This document shows, one piece after another, positions 1 through 8,632 of a DNA stretch of 27,073 bases. This DNA comes from Candidatus Tenderia sp. (GTDB lineage: Bacteria; Pseudomonadota; Gammaproteobacteria; Tenderiales; Tenderiaceae), in assembly GCA_031416075.1 (NCBI GenBank), contig JANOSY010000015.1, positions 1-27,073 of the forward strand, written 5' to 3'. Both the position numbers and the translations under genes were made by a program. Positions within the stretch are counted from its first letter, which is position 1; every line of letters starts with the position of its first letter. The notes beneath the pieces are model-generated. The model saw nothing but the letters and a program-made list of their open reading frames with translations, did no database searches and was not told the DNA's origin.

Positions 1-137
1 GATTATGGAATTCATTGAGGTCCACAATACCGATCCAAAACCCTTTGTGTGGACAAAAACAACTGAAGCGATTTTAGAGAAAATCGGGCGTGCTAAGGCT
101 GCCTTGGTATGAGTATATTATTTGTTACGGTACACTA
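1..137 (+). mobile_element. IS630-family insertion sequence, right end (3' part of transposase, terminal inverted repeat 119-135, TA 136-137)
   Basis: 119-135 TATTTGTTACGGTACAC is the reverse complement (1 mismatch) of 26938-26954 GTGTACTGTAACAAATA. Both ends abut TA within CTAG, as is typical of IS630. Confidence 0.88.
2..112 (+). CDS. IS630-family transposase, C-terminal fragment (runs off window start)
   Basis: Frame 2 reads IMEFIEVHNTDPKPFVWTKTTEAILEKIGRAKAALV*. HN.DPKPFVWTK is the characteristic IS630 C-terminus. Confidence 0.88.
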   Translation: MMEFIEVHNTDPKPFVWTKTTEAILEKIGRAKAALV

Positions 138-166
138 GTGCCGAAGAGCTGTGCCGCGATAACCTT

Positions 167-381
167 CTGCTGGTAAGCTGTGGCTCTGTTTATCAATGGG
201 TATTACCTTGTCTGTTCTCTCGCTACAAAATCTCTCCACGGCGCTGTTGCGCGATATTAATCTGACGATTGGTGCGGGGGAGTGCCTCTGTCTTTCGGGT
301 GCGTCGGGCTGTGGCAAGAGTACGTTGCTGCGGGCCATTGCCGATCTTGATCCACATCAGGGGGAGATATTACTTGATGAG
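167..381 (+). repeat. Direct repeat copy 1 of the fetA upstream region and 5' end (copy 2 at 1792-2008)
   Basis: 208-381 vs 1835-2008 shows 7 mismatches in 174 bp by manual alignment. The upstream ~40 bp are also recognisably homologous (CTGCTGGTAAGCTGTGG vs CTGCTGCTAAGCTGTGG). Confidence 0.92.
208..381 (+). pseudogene. Truncated 5' copy of fetA-like ABC ATPase
   Basis: Encodes the N-terminus through Walker A GASGCGKS to ...GEILLDE, then runs into a REP and stops at 408. Confidence 0.85.
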
Positions 382-384
382 CTC

Positions 385-420
385 GTAGGTCCGATTAGCG
401 CAGCGTAATCGGACGCATGT
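385..420 (+). repeat. GTAG-type REP palindrome (left flank of RAYT remnant)
   Basis: GTAGGTCCGATTAGCGCAGCGTAATCGGACGCATGT has a GTAG foot and a TCCGATTA/TAATCGGA stem. Confidence 0.88.
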
Positions 421-674
421 CAATCTATACCATTAACGGCCATCTTTGGATCACTATACCAATCCAAAGGGTGTATACCCAGTTTGACAAAACGGTGAAA
501 GGTGGAGTGTGGCCAATCCTACACACGTGCCAGCACCCCATGTTTTACCGGGTTAACATGAACATAATCCACATAACATTGATAACTATCGTCATCACGA
601 ATCGCGTTTTTCCAAATGTTGACGGTAAAAAACCATGTGCCACCTGGAATAAATGCGCGACAATAGTTGGGCAT
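420..674 (-). pseudogene. REP-associated tyrosine transposase (RAYT), internally deleted, with in-frame stop
   Basis: Minus strand from ATG 674 reads MPNYCRAFIPGGTWFFTVN|IWKNAIRDDDSYQCYVDYVHVNPVKHGVLARV*DWPHSTFHRFVKLGIHPLDW. The RAYT N-terminus is joined directly to the C-terminal Y..NPVKHG..DWP.S.FHR block. The HUH region is absent and there is a TAG at 519-521. Confidence 0.88.
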
Positions 675-714
675 ATGCCGTTTTCCATTCGTTTGATCAA
701 GTGGTGGCTATTTT

Positions 715-750
715 ACATGCGTCCGATTACGCTGGGCTAATCGGACCTAC
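715..750 (-). repeat. GTAG-type REP palindrome (right flank, inverted relative to 385-420)
   Basis: Reverse complement is GTAGGTCCGATTAGCCCAGCGTAATCGGACGCATGT, 35/36 identical to 385-420. Confidence 0.88.
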
Positions 751-961
751 GGGCTATTTTAGTTGCAAAGTACCCTGACATAATTGCCAAAACCAGAGTA
801 AAAAAAATGAATATATTGAAATTACGCTGTTGTTCACTTTCAGAGTTATAGAGGGATATATTCATGCTCTCCATAAAGTAACCAAATGCATACACTAAAA
901 TAAATGCTGCTATGCTACCAGCAATAAAACCACCAATGAATTTTAAGATTGTTTTAATCAT
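737..961 (-). CDS. Small two-TM membrane protein, possible immunity/partner of the amidase
   Basis: 74 aa with two hydrophobic segments. It has an ATGA start/stop overlap with the upstream amidase gene and is very AT-rich (16/60 GC at 781-840). Confidence 0.7.
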   Translation of the reverse strand: MIKTILKFIGGFIAGSIAAFILVYAFGYFMESMNISLYNSESEQQRNFNIFIFFTLVLAIMSGYFATKIARRSD

Positions 962-1452
962 TTTATTGGAAAGAATCTTATTTTTTTAGATTTAGATAAG
1001 TCTGACCAAACGCTAGGAATAACTATGTTAAACATACTTCTTAAGTATGACCCGAAGCCTGTCATTGAGCTGCCATCCCATAGATCGATATGATCACCGC
1101 CACTGCCATCACTTCGCAAATAGTAATCTTCAAATAAAATAATCCCAGTTCTTCCTGAAATTTTTCCTCTCCAGTTACTACCTGTAATATTTTCTTTTAC
1201 AAGAAAGCTAGCATGGTTTGATTTCTCTATCCAGTCAGCCAGTTCTTTTGCTGCCAGAATGTGGTCAGCTCCAGCATGTACCCAGCACTTTCTTTTCTGA
1301 GGGAATGAAACAAATGATACGCCTGATTTTTTCATACTATGACTTAACCTGATAGCGCATTGATTCCCAAACAGCTTCTCGCCTTTTTTATCTTTGGCAT
1401 CGCATGGATCAGTATCTGGATAGTTGTCCCACAATTGTTTGAATGTAGCCAT
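958..1452 (-). CDS. Tae4-family peptidoglycan amidase (T6SS-effector-like)
   Basis: Likely start MATFKQLWDNYP at 1452 after an AAGGA RBS, 164 aa. Catalytic motifs NQCAIRLS (Cys) and GDHIDLWDG (His) are present, plus GRTGIILF. Confidence 0.82.
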   Translation of the reverse strand: MATFKQLWDNYPDTDPCDAKDKKGEKLFGNQCAIRLSHSMKKSGVSFVSFPQKRKCWVHAGADHILAAKELADWIEKSNHASFLVKENITGSNWRGKISGRTGIILFEDYYLRSDGSGGDHIDLWDGSSMTGFGSYLRSMFNIVIPSVWSDLSKSKKIRFFPIK

Positions 1453-1834
1453 ATGTATTCCTTTATCTTGTTGAAACCAACATTCAATGGACCCCAAAGT
1501 GGAGCAGTCAAACACACCCACCTTAGGGTGTTTCCTATTCTCGAATTTATACCGGCTTCTGCAATAAATGACAAAGCAATTGTCCGAAATCGGCGTATGT
1601 GGCTGAGTATCAGTGGCCTCTGTTTGTGATGCCGGTGTTGTTGTTATGCCTGTCATCCACATATTAGCGAATCGTGGAATGGCATGTATCCCAAAGTGTT
1701 ACCTATGACACTTGATGGCAATGTTGGCTGTGAACCCTGGTGGGTTGTTAGGCTGGTTTATGAGGTTATCTTCCTGTGTTGTATTTATGAACTGCTGCTA
1801 AGCTGTGGGGCTGTTCACCAATGAGTCTTCTGTT

Positions 1835-2434
1835 TTGTCTCTACTCTCGCTGCAAAATCTCTCCACGGCGCTGTTGCGCGATATTAATCTGACGATTGGT
1901 GCGGGGGAGTGTCTCTGTCTTTCGGGTGCGTCTGGCTGTGGCAAGAGTACGTTGCTGCGGGCCATTGCCGATCTTGATCCACATCAGGGAGAGATATTCC
2001 TTGATGAGGTTGAGCATAATAGTGTTACGCCGCCGCAGTGGCGGCAGTGGGTGGGGTTGCTGACGGCGGAGAGTGTTTGGTGGTTTGATACCCTGCGTCC
2101 GCACTTTCCGATGGTGGAGGCGGAGTGGTTTGCGGCACTGGGGCTGGGTGTGGAGGTGCTGGAGTGGCCGGTGAGTCGGCTCTCCAGTGGTGAACGGCAG
2201 CGGCTGGCGCTGTTGCGGTTGCTCTGCCATAGACCACGGGCGCTGCTGCTGGATGAGCCGACCGCTAATCTGGACAGCGAGAACAGTGAGCGGATCGAGG
2301 CGCTGATTTTGCGTTACAGCCAGGAGTATGGCGCGCCGCTGCTCTGGATCAGCCATAGCCCTGAACAGATCGGCCGTATCGCTGATCGCCACTGTCGGGT
2401 GGTGGATGGTGGTTTGCAGGAGCTGCGGCCATGA
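1835..2434 (+). CDS. fetA: ABC transporter ATP-binding protein, FetA/YbbL-like
   Basis: Walker A GASGCGKS, signature LSSGERQR, Walker B LLLDEPT, H-loop ISH. ATGA-coupled to the permease. Start uncertain (TTG 1835 or GTG 1805). Confidence 0.85.
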   Translation: MSLLSLQNLSTALLRDINLTIGAGECLCLSGASGCGKSTLLRAIADLDPHQGEIFLDEVEHNSVTPPQWRQWVGLLTAESVWWFDTLRPHFPMVEAEWFAALGLGVEVLEWPVSRLSSGERQRLALLRLLCHRPRALLLDEPTANLDSENSERIEALILRYSQEYGAPLLWISHSPEQIGRIADRHCRVVDGGLQELRP

Positions 2435-3195
2435 ACATCATCACGCTTGATTGGATTGATATCACCATCGCGTCAGGTCTGGTGATTGCTCTGGCGGTAC
2501 TGTCGTTTTATCAGCGGTTGGCGTTAGAAAAACAGATACTCATCGCCGGGGTGCGGACCATCATTCAGCTGTTGTTGGTGGGCATGGTGCTGAAGGCGCT
2601 GTTTAGCGATGTGCGTTTAAGCTGGGTGGTGTTGATGGCGACGGTGATGTTGCTGGTGGCGGGTTATGAGGTGATGGCGCGGCAGAAGCGTCGTCTGCGT
2701 GGTCTGTGGGGTTATGGCATTGGCACTGTTTCGATGTTTATCACTTCGTTTACCGTCACCTTGTTTGCACTGCTGGTGATTATTGGCAACGAGCCGTGGT
2801 ATCAGCCGCAGTACGCCATTCCACTGTTGGGCATGATGCTGGGCAATACCATGAATGGTATCGCTATCAGTCTGGACCGGTTGATGAGTGGTGCGTGGCA
2901 GCAGCGCACCATGATTGAGGGGCGTTTGATGCTGGGGCAGCGTTGGCAGGAGGCGATTGGCGATCTGCGCCGTGAGGCGCTGCGGGCCGGCATGATTCCT
3001 ACTATTAACGGTATGGCTACGGTGGGCATTGTGAGTCTGCCGGGCATGATGACGGGGCAGATCCTCTCCGGCACGGTGCCGGTGGAGGCGGTAAAGTACC
3101 AGATCCTGATCATGTTTATGATCAGTGCCGGGGCGGGATTTGGCGCGGTGATTGCGCTTCAGCTGGGGGCTAAACGGCTCTTTGATGAGCGGTAG
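2431..3195 (+). CDS. fetB: ABC transporter permease FetB/YbbM (UPF0014), probably truncated by 12 codons
   Basis: Motifs RTIIQLLLVG, WYQPQYAIPLLGMMLGNTMNG and GIVSLPGMMTGQILSG..P.EAVKYQI are present. Confidence 0.9.
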   Translation: MNIITLDWIDITIASGLVIALAVLSFYQRLALEKQILIAGVRTIIQLLLVGMVLKALFSDVRLSWVVLMATVMLLVAGYEVMARQKRRLRGLWGYGIGTVSMFITSFTVTLFALLVIIGNEPWYQPQYAIPLLGMMLGNTMNGIAISLDRLMSGAWQQRTMIEGRLMLGQRWQEAIGDLRREALRAGMIPTINGMATVGIVSLPGMMTGQILSGTVPVEAVKYQILIMFMISAGAGFGAVIALQLGAKRLFDER

Positions 3196-3227
3196 CGCCT
3201 TAGGCTGGAGCGGTTACAGTCAGCGGA

Positions 3228-3458
3228 TTAACGTTTGCCCATGGAGCGGCGTGAGCCGTTTGGACCGATACCCACTTTGGCACCCTTGTAGATGCTTCTG
3301 GGGTCTGGGTGGCTCAGTTGGCGCAGCTTCTTCTGCTGCTGTACCCGTTCCAGCAGGGTGGTAGGGGCCTCTTCTGTTGTCGTGACTGTTTCGGCGTCAG
3401 GGGTGGTATCGCTGTTGATTGTGCTGTTTTTATCGCTGGGGTGTTTGTTGGACGGCAT
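3228..3458 (-). CDS. Small hydrophilic, basic hypothetical protein
   Basis: 76-aa ORF filling the gap between fetB and speE, with a basic C-terminus (GPNGSRRSMGKR). No family recognised. Confidence 0.55.
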   Translation of the reverse strand: MPSNKHPSDKNSTINSDTTPDAETVTTTEEAPTTLLERVQQQKKLRQLSHPDPRSIYKGAKVGIGPNGSRRSMGKR

Positions 3459-3569
3459 GATGATGTTTACGCTTTAGGTAAGGAGTGGGGTGCAAATTAT
3501 ACCGGAATGGCGGGGGTCTGTGTCGATGAGCGCCACGGGTGCCGTTTTAACTGCCCCCGTGGTGGTCTG

Positions 3570-4424
3570 TTAACCCAATCCTGCTTCTTTACAAAACTCC
3601 GGTTGTGCCCGTGCTGCTTTGTGGGTGTCGATGTTGTAGTAGCGGGTTTTGAACGTTTTCTGGCGGGCATCCTCTTCACGGAAGCCGTTCAGCGGGTTGC
3701 TTTTGCTGGCCATGGTGGCACTCCACCAGCCACTGGGGTAGACCGGCTGTGGGTAGTAGAGTGATTGGGTGTCGGCAAAACTGGCCTTGCGCATGTCGCG
3801 GTGCATCTGTTGCAGTAGTGGCAGATGCAGCAGTGGTGATTCACTCTGCTGTACCAGAATGCCGTCGGCATGCAGGGCGCGGTAGCAGTCGCGGAAGAAT
3901 GCCTCGGTGAAGAGCCCTTCAGCCGGGCCCACCGGGTCGGTGCTGTCAACAATGATGATGTCGATGCTTGCCGGTTCGGCCTCTTGAATCCATTTAATGC
4001 CATCCTCAAAGCGCAACTGGGCGCGGCTGTCGCCGTTGTGCTGGCAGAGTTCAGGGAAGTGGATCTCTGAGAGACGGGTGACGGCCTCGTCGATATCGAT
4101 CTGCCAGACCTGTTCAACACTGCGGTGTTTGAGCACTTCACTCAGGGTGCCGCAGTCGCCGCCGCCGATGATCAGTACCCGTTTGGGATTGGGGTGGCTG
4201 AAGATCACCGGGTGGCTCATCATCTCGTGGTAGAGAAAGTTGTCGCGGCTGGTGAGCATGATTGAGCCATCGATCACCATCAGTTTGCCAAAGGTTTCGG
4301 TGTCGAAGATCTCGATGAACTGGTAGGGGGTCTGCTCCTCGTGCAGCTTCTCTTTGATGCGCAGCGAAAAGGCGGCATCGATACCGGGGGGGGCTTCGCT
4401 GAACCAGCGGCTGTCCAGAGTCAT
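3570..4424 (-). CDS. speE: Polyamine aminopropyltransferase (spermidine synthase)
   Basis: Motifs QTPYQ, DNFLYHEMMSHP, VLIIGGGDCG, IIVDSTDPVGPAEGLF and YPSGWW. Confidence 0.96.
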   Translation of the reverse strand: MTLDSRWFSEAPPGIDAAFSLRIKEKLHEEQTPYQFIEIFDTETFGKLMVIDGSIMLTSRDNFLYHEMMSHPVIFSHPNPKRVLIIGGGDCGTLSEVLKHRSVEQVWQIDIDEAVTRLSEIHFPELCQHNGDSRAQLRFEDGIKWIQEAEPASIDIIIVDSTDPVGPAEGLFTEAFFRDCYRALHADGILVQQSESPLLHLPLLQQMHRDMRKASFADTQSLYYPQPVYPSGWWSATMASKSNPLNGFREEDARQKTFKTRYYNIDTHKAARAQPEFCKEAGLG

Positions 4425-4506
4425 GCAATAGTCCTCTATATATATAGTAATGATCGGCTATTGTAACGTACCGGTACCCGGTTTGAGGCATAACAAGGGG
4501 ATGATG

Positions 4507-4782
4507 ATGAGTGATATTCAGGTGATACGGCAACTGGCGCGGGCTGAGGCAGAGGCGCTTGGGGTATTTGACTGGCCGGTCTGGAGCAAGGAGCCTTCGA
4601 CCTTTGAGTGGCACTACGATACGGAGGAGCGCTGCTACTTGGTGGCGGGTGAGGTGCAGGTGATACCCGAAACAGGGGCAGCAGTAGTGGTGGGTGCGGG
4701 GGATTTTGTCACCTTTCCTGCCGGCCTCTCCTGCACCTGGCAGGTGCGCCAGGCGCTGAAAAAACATTACAGCTTTGGCTGA
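4507..4782 (+). CDS. Cupin domain protein (DUF861/cupin_3-like)
   Basis: LGVFDWPVWSKEPSTFEWHYDTEERCY..GEV and GDFVTFPAGLSCTW.V...KKHY. AAGGGG RBS precedes ATG 4501/4504/4507. Confidence 0.9.
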   Translation: MSDIQVIRQLARAEAEALGVFDWPVWSKEPSTFEWHYDTEERCYLVAGEVQVIPETGAAVVVGAGDFVTFPAGLSCTWQVRQALKKHYSFG

Positions 4783-4785
4783 CCC

Positions 4786-5424
4786 CTATTTGGGTTTCTG
4801 CTCACGCAGCACAATGGTGCTGATGCTGTTGCTGTTCAGACGGTTACGGGTACGATTCATCTCCCGGCTATTGTTGATCGGGCCGATGCGAACTTTATAC
4901 TTGGTCCCCTCTTCATTGGAGATCGGCACGATCTTCGATTCAACCCCCAGCATCGCCAGCTGCGCCTTCAGGGTGTCGGCATCGCTGCTGCTGCGGAAGG
5001 CCCCCGCCTGCAAGGTGTAGATCACCGTGTTTTTGGCCTCCAGCTTCTGCTGCTCTTCAAGGATCTCCCCTTCCGGAATCACCACCTCCTGGTTGGGTAG
5101 CAGGGTGTAAAAGTCAAAGCGTGGCTCCTCCTCTTTGGGTGGCTCAACCGCAGCAGGTTTTTTAGGGGCAGGTTTGGTCTTGTTCTCCTGTTGGGTGCTG
5201 GTGGTGCTTTGCGCCTGGGCAGCGGCCTTTTCCTGCGTTATTTCGTGGTTACGGTTGTATAGGTAAGCCCCCAGCGCCACTAGTAGGCCAACACTCAGCC
5301 CCGTGAGCAGCCAGACCCAGCCAGGCGTCTGCTGTGCCGCCCCCCGCCCTTTGGCAGGGGGGCGCTTTTTGGGGCTGGCGCGGCGTGGGCTACTGCTGCC
5401 GCTGTTTTTATAATCACGTGCCAT
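4786..5424 (-). CDS. SPOR-domain cell division protein (FtsN-like)
   Basis: MARDY start, single TM, FDFYTLLP motif and C-terminal SPOR (YTLQAGAF...A..LKAQLA...VRIGP). Typical position downstream of argS. Confidence 0.9.
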   Translation of the reverse strand: MARDYKNSGSSSPRRASPKKRPPAKGRGAAQQTPGWVWLLTGLSVGLLVALGAYLYNRNHEITQEKAAAQAQSTTSTQQENKTKPAPKKPAAVEPPKEEEPRFDFYTLLPNQEVVIPEGEILEEQQKLEAKNTVIYTLQAGAFRSSSDADTLKAQLAMLGVESKIVPISNEEGTKYKVRIGPINNSREMNRTRNRLNSNSISTIVLREQKPK

Positions 5425-5433
5425 CAGGGGTTC

Positions 5434-7194
5434 CTACATCGTCTCGGGGGCGGAGACCCCCAGCAGCTTCAGGCCGTTATGCAGCACCTGGCGTGTGGCG
5501 CGGATCAGGGTGAGGCGGGCGTCACGCACGGCGGCATCGTCAACGATGAACTGGTGGGCGTTGTAGTAGGTGTGGAAGTCGTTGGCCAGATCGCGCAGGT
5601 AGTGGGCCAGCTGGTGTGGCTCATGGTTGATGGCGGCGGTCTCCAGTACTTCGCTGTAGCGCGACAGGCCGATCATCAGCGCCTGTTCATGCTCTTCACT
5701 CAACAGATGCAGATGGGTGTCGCCATTGGCGGGGTCGTAACTGAACCCCTTCTCCCCCAGCTGGCGCATCACACTACAGACACGGGCGTGGGCGTACTGG
5801 ATGTAGTAGACCGGGTTGTCGTTGGATTGTGACTTGGCCAGATCAAGGTCAAAGTCCATGTGCTGTTCACACTTGCGGAGTACGTAGAAGAAACGGGCCG
5901 CGTCATTACCCACCTCCTCGCGTAGCTCCCGCAGCGTGACAAAAGAGCCGGAGCGGGTCGACATCTGCAACCGTTCACCACCCCGATAGAGGATGGCAAA
6001 CTGCACCAGCAGTACGTCGAGTTTGTCGGCATCGCCGCCCAGCGCCTTCAGCGCCGCCTTTACCCGTGGCACGTAGCCGTGGTGGTCAGAGCCCCAGATA
6101 TCGATCAGGCGGTCAAAACCGCGTTCGAGTTTGTTGAGATGGTAGGCAATGTCAGAGGCAAAATAGGTGGTCTGGCCGTTGTCACGCACCACCACACGAT
6201 CCTTGTCATCCCCAAAGTCGGTGGACTTGAACCACCATGCCCCCCCTTGCTGGTAGAGGTAAGGGGTGGCCTTCAGCCGCTCAATGGCGGCGGCGATGGC
6301 ACCGCTATCGGCCAGCGAGCGTTCGGAATACCACTCGTCGTAGTCAACGCCAAACGCCTCCAGATCCTGACGAATGTCAGTCAGCACGGTGTTGAGGCCA
6401 AGATCAAACATCTCGCGATATTTGCCTGCCCCCAGCAGCTTTTTGGCGTTGATGATCAGATCATCAATGTGTAGCTCCTTATCCCCCCCCTGCGGTTCGT
6501 CGGCATGCACCCCCTCAAATACGGTGACGGCAGGACGGCGCAACGCCTCACCATGAATCTGGTACAGCTCGGCGGCGATCTCATGGACATACGCCCCCTT
6601 GTAACCGTTGCTGGGAAAGGTGAGCTGTTCGCCACACTTCTCCAGATAGCGCAGCCAGATGCTGGTACCGAGAATATCCATCTGCCGCCCGTCATCATTA
6701 ACGTAATACTCGCGGTGAACCGTGTAACCCACCGCTTGCAGCAGATTGGCCACGGTGGCACCGTACGCCGCGCCACGGCCATGGCCGACATGCAGCGGGC
6801 CGGTGGGGTTGGCGGAGACAAACTCCACCTGAATCGACCGGCCCTGGCCAACGTCGCCACAACCGTAATCATCTCCCTGCACCAGAATCTCCGTGACCAC
6901 CTGCTGGTAGGCCGCAGCGGTAAGGAACAGATTGATAAACCCCGGCCCGGCGATCTCCACCTTCTCCACCTGATCCGACCGTGGCAGCACCGCCACAATC
7001 TGCTCCGCCAGATCCCGTGGCTTGCACTTGGCCAGTTTGGCCAGTATCAGCGCCGCATTGCAGGCAAAGTCACCATGACGACGATCCTTGGTCCGTTCGA
7101 TCAGCAGCTGAATGTTGATGTCTGTGGCTAAAGTGCCAGTGGCTTGCAGCTGTTGAATGGCGCTGGAGATGAGTTGCTGGAGATGCTGTTTCAC
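5434..7194 (-). CDS. argS: Arginine--tRNA ligase
   Basis: [28 protein letters not shown] (HIGH), [19 protein letters not shown]-terminal LGVSAPETM. Confidence 0.98.
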   Translation of the reverse strand: MKQHLQQLISSAIQQLQATGTLATDINIQLLIERTKDRRHGDFACNAALILAKLAKCKPRDLAEQIVAVLPRSDQVEKVEIAGPGFINLFLTAAAYQQVVTEILVQGDDYGCGDVGQGRSIQVEFVSANPTGPLHVGHGRGAAYGATVANLLQAVGYTVHREYYVNDDGRQMDILGTSIWLRYLEKCGEQLTFPSNGYKGAYVHEIAAELYQIHGEALRRPAVTVFEGVHADEPQGGDKELHIDDLIINAKKLLGAGKYREMFDLGLNTVLTDIRQDLEAFGVDYDEWYSERSLADSGAIAAAIERLKATPYLYQQGGAWWFKSTDFGDDKDRVVVRDNGQTTYFASDIAYHLNKLERGFDRLIDIWGSDHHGYVPRVKAALKALGGDADKLDVLLVQFAILYRGGERLQMSTRSGSFVTLRELREEVGNDAARFFYVLRKCEQHMDFDLDLAKSQSNDNPVYYIQYAHARVCSVMRQLGEKGFSYDPANGDTHLHLLSEEHEQALMIGLSRYSEVLETAAINHEPHQLAHYLRDLANDFHTYYNAHQFIVDDAAVRDARLTLIRATRQVLHNGLKLLGVSAPETM

Positions 7195-7327
7195 GGAGGA
7201 TTCCTAAGAGTATTTCAAATAATTCGTTGTAAAAGAGGCTGATTATCTCTTGTGCCGTACTGCCTTCGCAACCGCCGGTTTTATTAAATGGAGGAGTTCT
7301 AGAGCATTGTCGTTGATCAATGACATT

Positions 7328-7390
7328 TTTATCTATTGATAATGCGAAGTTTATTTCCTCTTAATCTGAACGCCATAACGGCTTTAATCT
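7328..7390 (+). promoter_or_regulatory. Putative OmpR-family direct-repeat box plus -10 element for the DUF1611-like operon
   Basis: TTTATTT(7350)-N4-TTAATCT(7361)-N17-TAATCT(7385), with an extra TTTATCT 22 bp upstream (7328). Same layout as 14769-14809. Confidence 0.6.
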
Positions 7391-7515
7391 AGTCGCAGTG
7401 TAATGATCCTGTAGTTTAAAAATGGGATTCTGCTCTTGTAGCAGACCACAGGAGCGGTCGGTGGTGGTTACGGGAGAATCAGATTTGCACTGTTTTATAG
7501 ATGAGGAGTTTACAC

Positions 7516-8631
7516 ATGACTGTTACAGCTCAGGAAGTTCGTTACCAATCGTCGGTACATTCACTCTCCGCTATGGCGGAGCGTTTGGCTCAGGTTAAGT
7601 GTTCGTACAATACGCGCCGGATCGATAAAAGTGCTATCCGTGCGCTGCTGGATGGGGATGTGCGGCCGGTACCGGGGGATCTGCTGCTGGCGCGTATCAC
7701 CAGGTTGGGGCACCACAAACGCATTGAGTTGGAGCAGGGTCGCCGTGCGCCGCTGTTTGTGGGTGATGAGGTGATGGTCTGTTATGGCCACCGTTACGCC
7801 CCTGATCAATTTGAGGCTGAGGTGCCGAGTGACCTGCGGGAGTGCCATTTGGTCGCCGCGGGCGGGGTCGCCTCTCTCTGCCTGTCGCTGCACGATAGCG
7901 CCCGGTCACCAACGCTTATCCAGCCTCTGGGGTTATTAGGTAATCTGCAGGGACGGCCTATTAACCTCTCTGACTGGGCGCTAGCGCCTGCTGTATGCCA
8001 ACGTCCACGCCCATTTGTGGCGGTGGTGGTGGGAACAGCAATGAATGCCGGCAAGACAACCTCGGCAGCGCACCTTATTAAAGGGTTGTCTCGTTCTGGT
8101 TTGAAAGTAGGGGCGGCCAAGTTGACCGGGACGGGTGCCGGTGGGGATCGCTGGTTGATGAAGGATGCCGGGGCGGTGGAGGTGGTGGACTTCACCGATG
8201 CCGGTTTTGTCTCTACCTATCACGCCTCGATTACGGAGATTGAAGAGATTCAGGCCAAGCTGATCAACCACCTGCGTAATAAAGGTGTGGAGGCGATAGT
8301 GCTTGAGATTGCCGACGGCCTGTTTCAGAAAGAGACGGCGGCGCTGCTGGAGTCAGCACGGCTACGGGCCAATATTGATGTGGTTATTTTTGCCGCGAAT
8401 GATGCGATGGGGGCGTGTGGGGGGGCGGAGTGGTTAATTCAGCGCAATTTACCGCTGGTAGCGATTAGCGGTTGTGTGAGTTCCTCCCCCTTGGCCGCGC
8501 GTGAAGCATCGATGGCCACAGGGCTAGCCGTATTGGGGCTTGAGGCGCTGGCGGCCCCCGATATTGCGGTAGCACTGTTTGAGCGCTGTGCTGACTGGGT
8601 GGCAAACAGTACCAGCGCCAAGGCGGGTTGA
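7516..8631 (+). CDS. DUF1611-like P-loop NTPase domain protein
   Basis: GAGGAG RBS precedes ATG 7516. VVGTAMNAGKTT (Walker A), KLTGTGAGGD, DFTDAG, LEIADGLFQKET. N-terminal domain with GRRA.LF.GD and YG.RYAPDQFEA. Confidence 0.75.
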   Translation: MTVTAQEVRYQSSVHSLSAMAERLAQVKCSYNTRRIDKSAIRALLDGDVRPVPGDLLLARITRLGHHKRIELEQGRRAPLFVGDEVMVCYGHRYAPDQFEAEVPSDLRECHLVAAGGVASLCLSLHDSARSPTLIQPLGLLGNLQGRPINLSDWALAPAVCQRPRPFVAVVVGTAMNAGKTTSAAHLIKGLSRSGLKVGAAKLTGTGAGGDRWLMKDAGAVEVVDFTDAGFVSTYHASITEIEEIQAKLINHLRNKGVEAIVLEIADGLFQKETAALLESARLRANIDVVIFAANDAMGACGGAEWLIQRNLPLVAISGCVSSSPLAAREASMATGLAVLGLEALAAPDIAVALFERCADWVANSTSAKAG

Positions 8632-8632
8632 G

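Noticed and set aside
417-740. 107-aa + strand ORF
   Set aside because: It is the antisense shadow of the RAYT remnant, and its start and stop lie inside the REPs.
385-750. Possible CRISPR repeats (36-bp palindromic)
   Set aside because: Only two copies, inverted, with GTAG feet and no spacer array or cas genes; these are REPs.
1453-1662. 70-aa N-terminal extension of the amidase in the ORF track
   Set aside because: A good RBS precedes ATG 1452 and the extension has no recognisable features.
519-3195. Amber recoding suggested by in-frame TAGs in RAYT and fetB
   Set aside because: TAG terminates intact genes here (argS, hemJ, PRC-barrel, oxidoreductase), so these are ordinary nonsense changes.
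3533-3562. Imperfect hairpin downstream of speE
   Set aside because: No U-tract and a single copy; it cannot be assigned as a terminator or element end.
4386-4393. G8 tract near the 5' end of speE as a phase-variation site
   Set aside because: Short, in frame, in a housekeeping gene; a similar C8 tract occurs in argS.
5338-5364. GC hairpin in the SPOR gene resembling the priA repeat
   Set aside because: Short and explicable by Pro/Gly/Arg codons; it lacks the GGGGGATTT tail.
6685-6705. ArgS YVNDDG instead of the usual NDAG
   Set aside because: A single substitution that cannot be evaluated without an alignment or reads.
7338-7356. Fur-box-like GATAATGCGAAGTTTATTT
   Set aside because: Only 11/19 match to consensus; the direct-repeat motif explains the region better.
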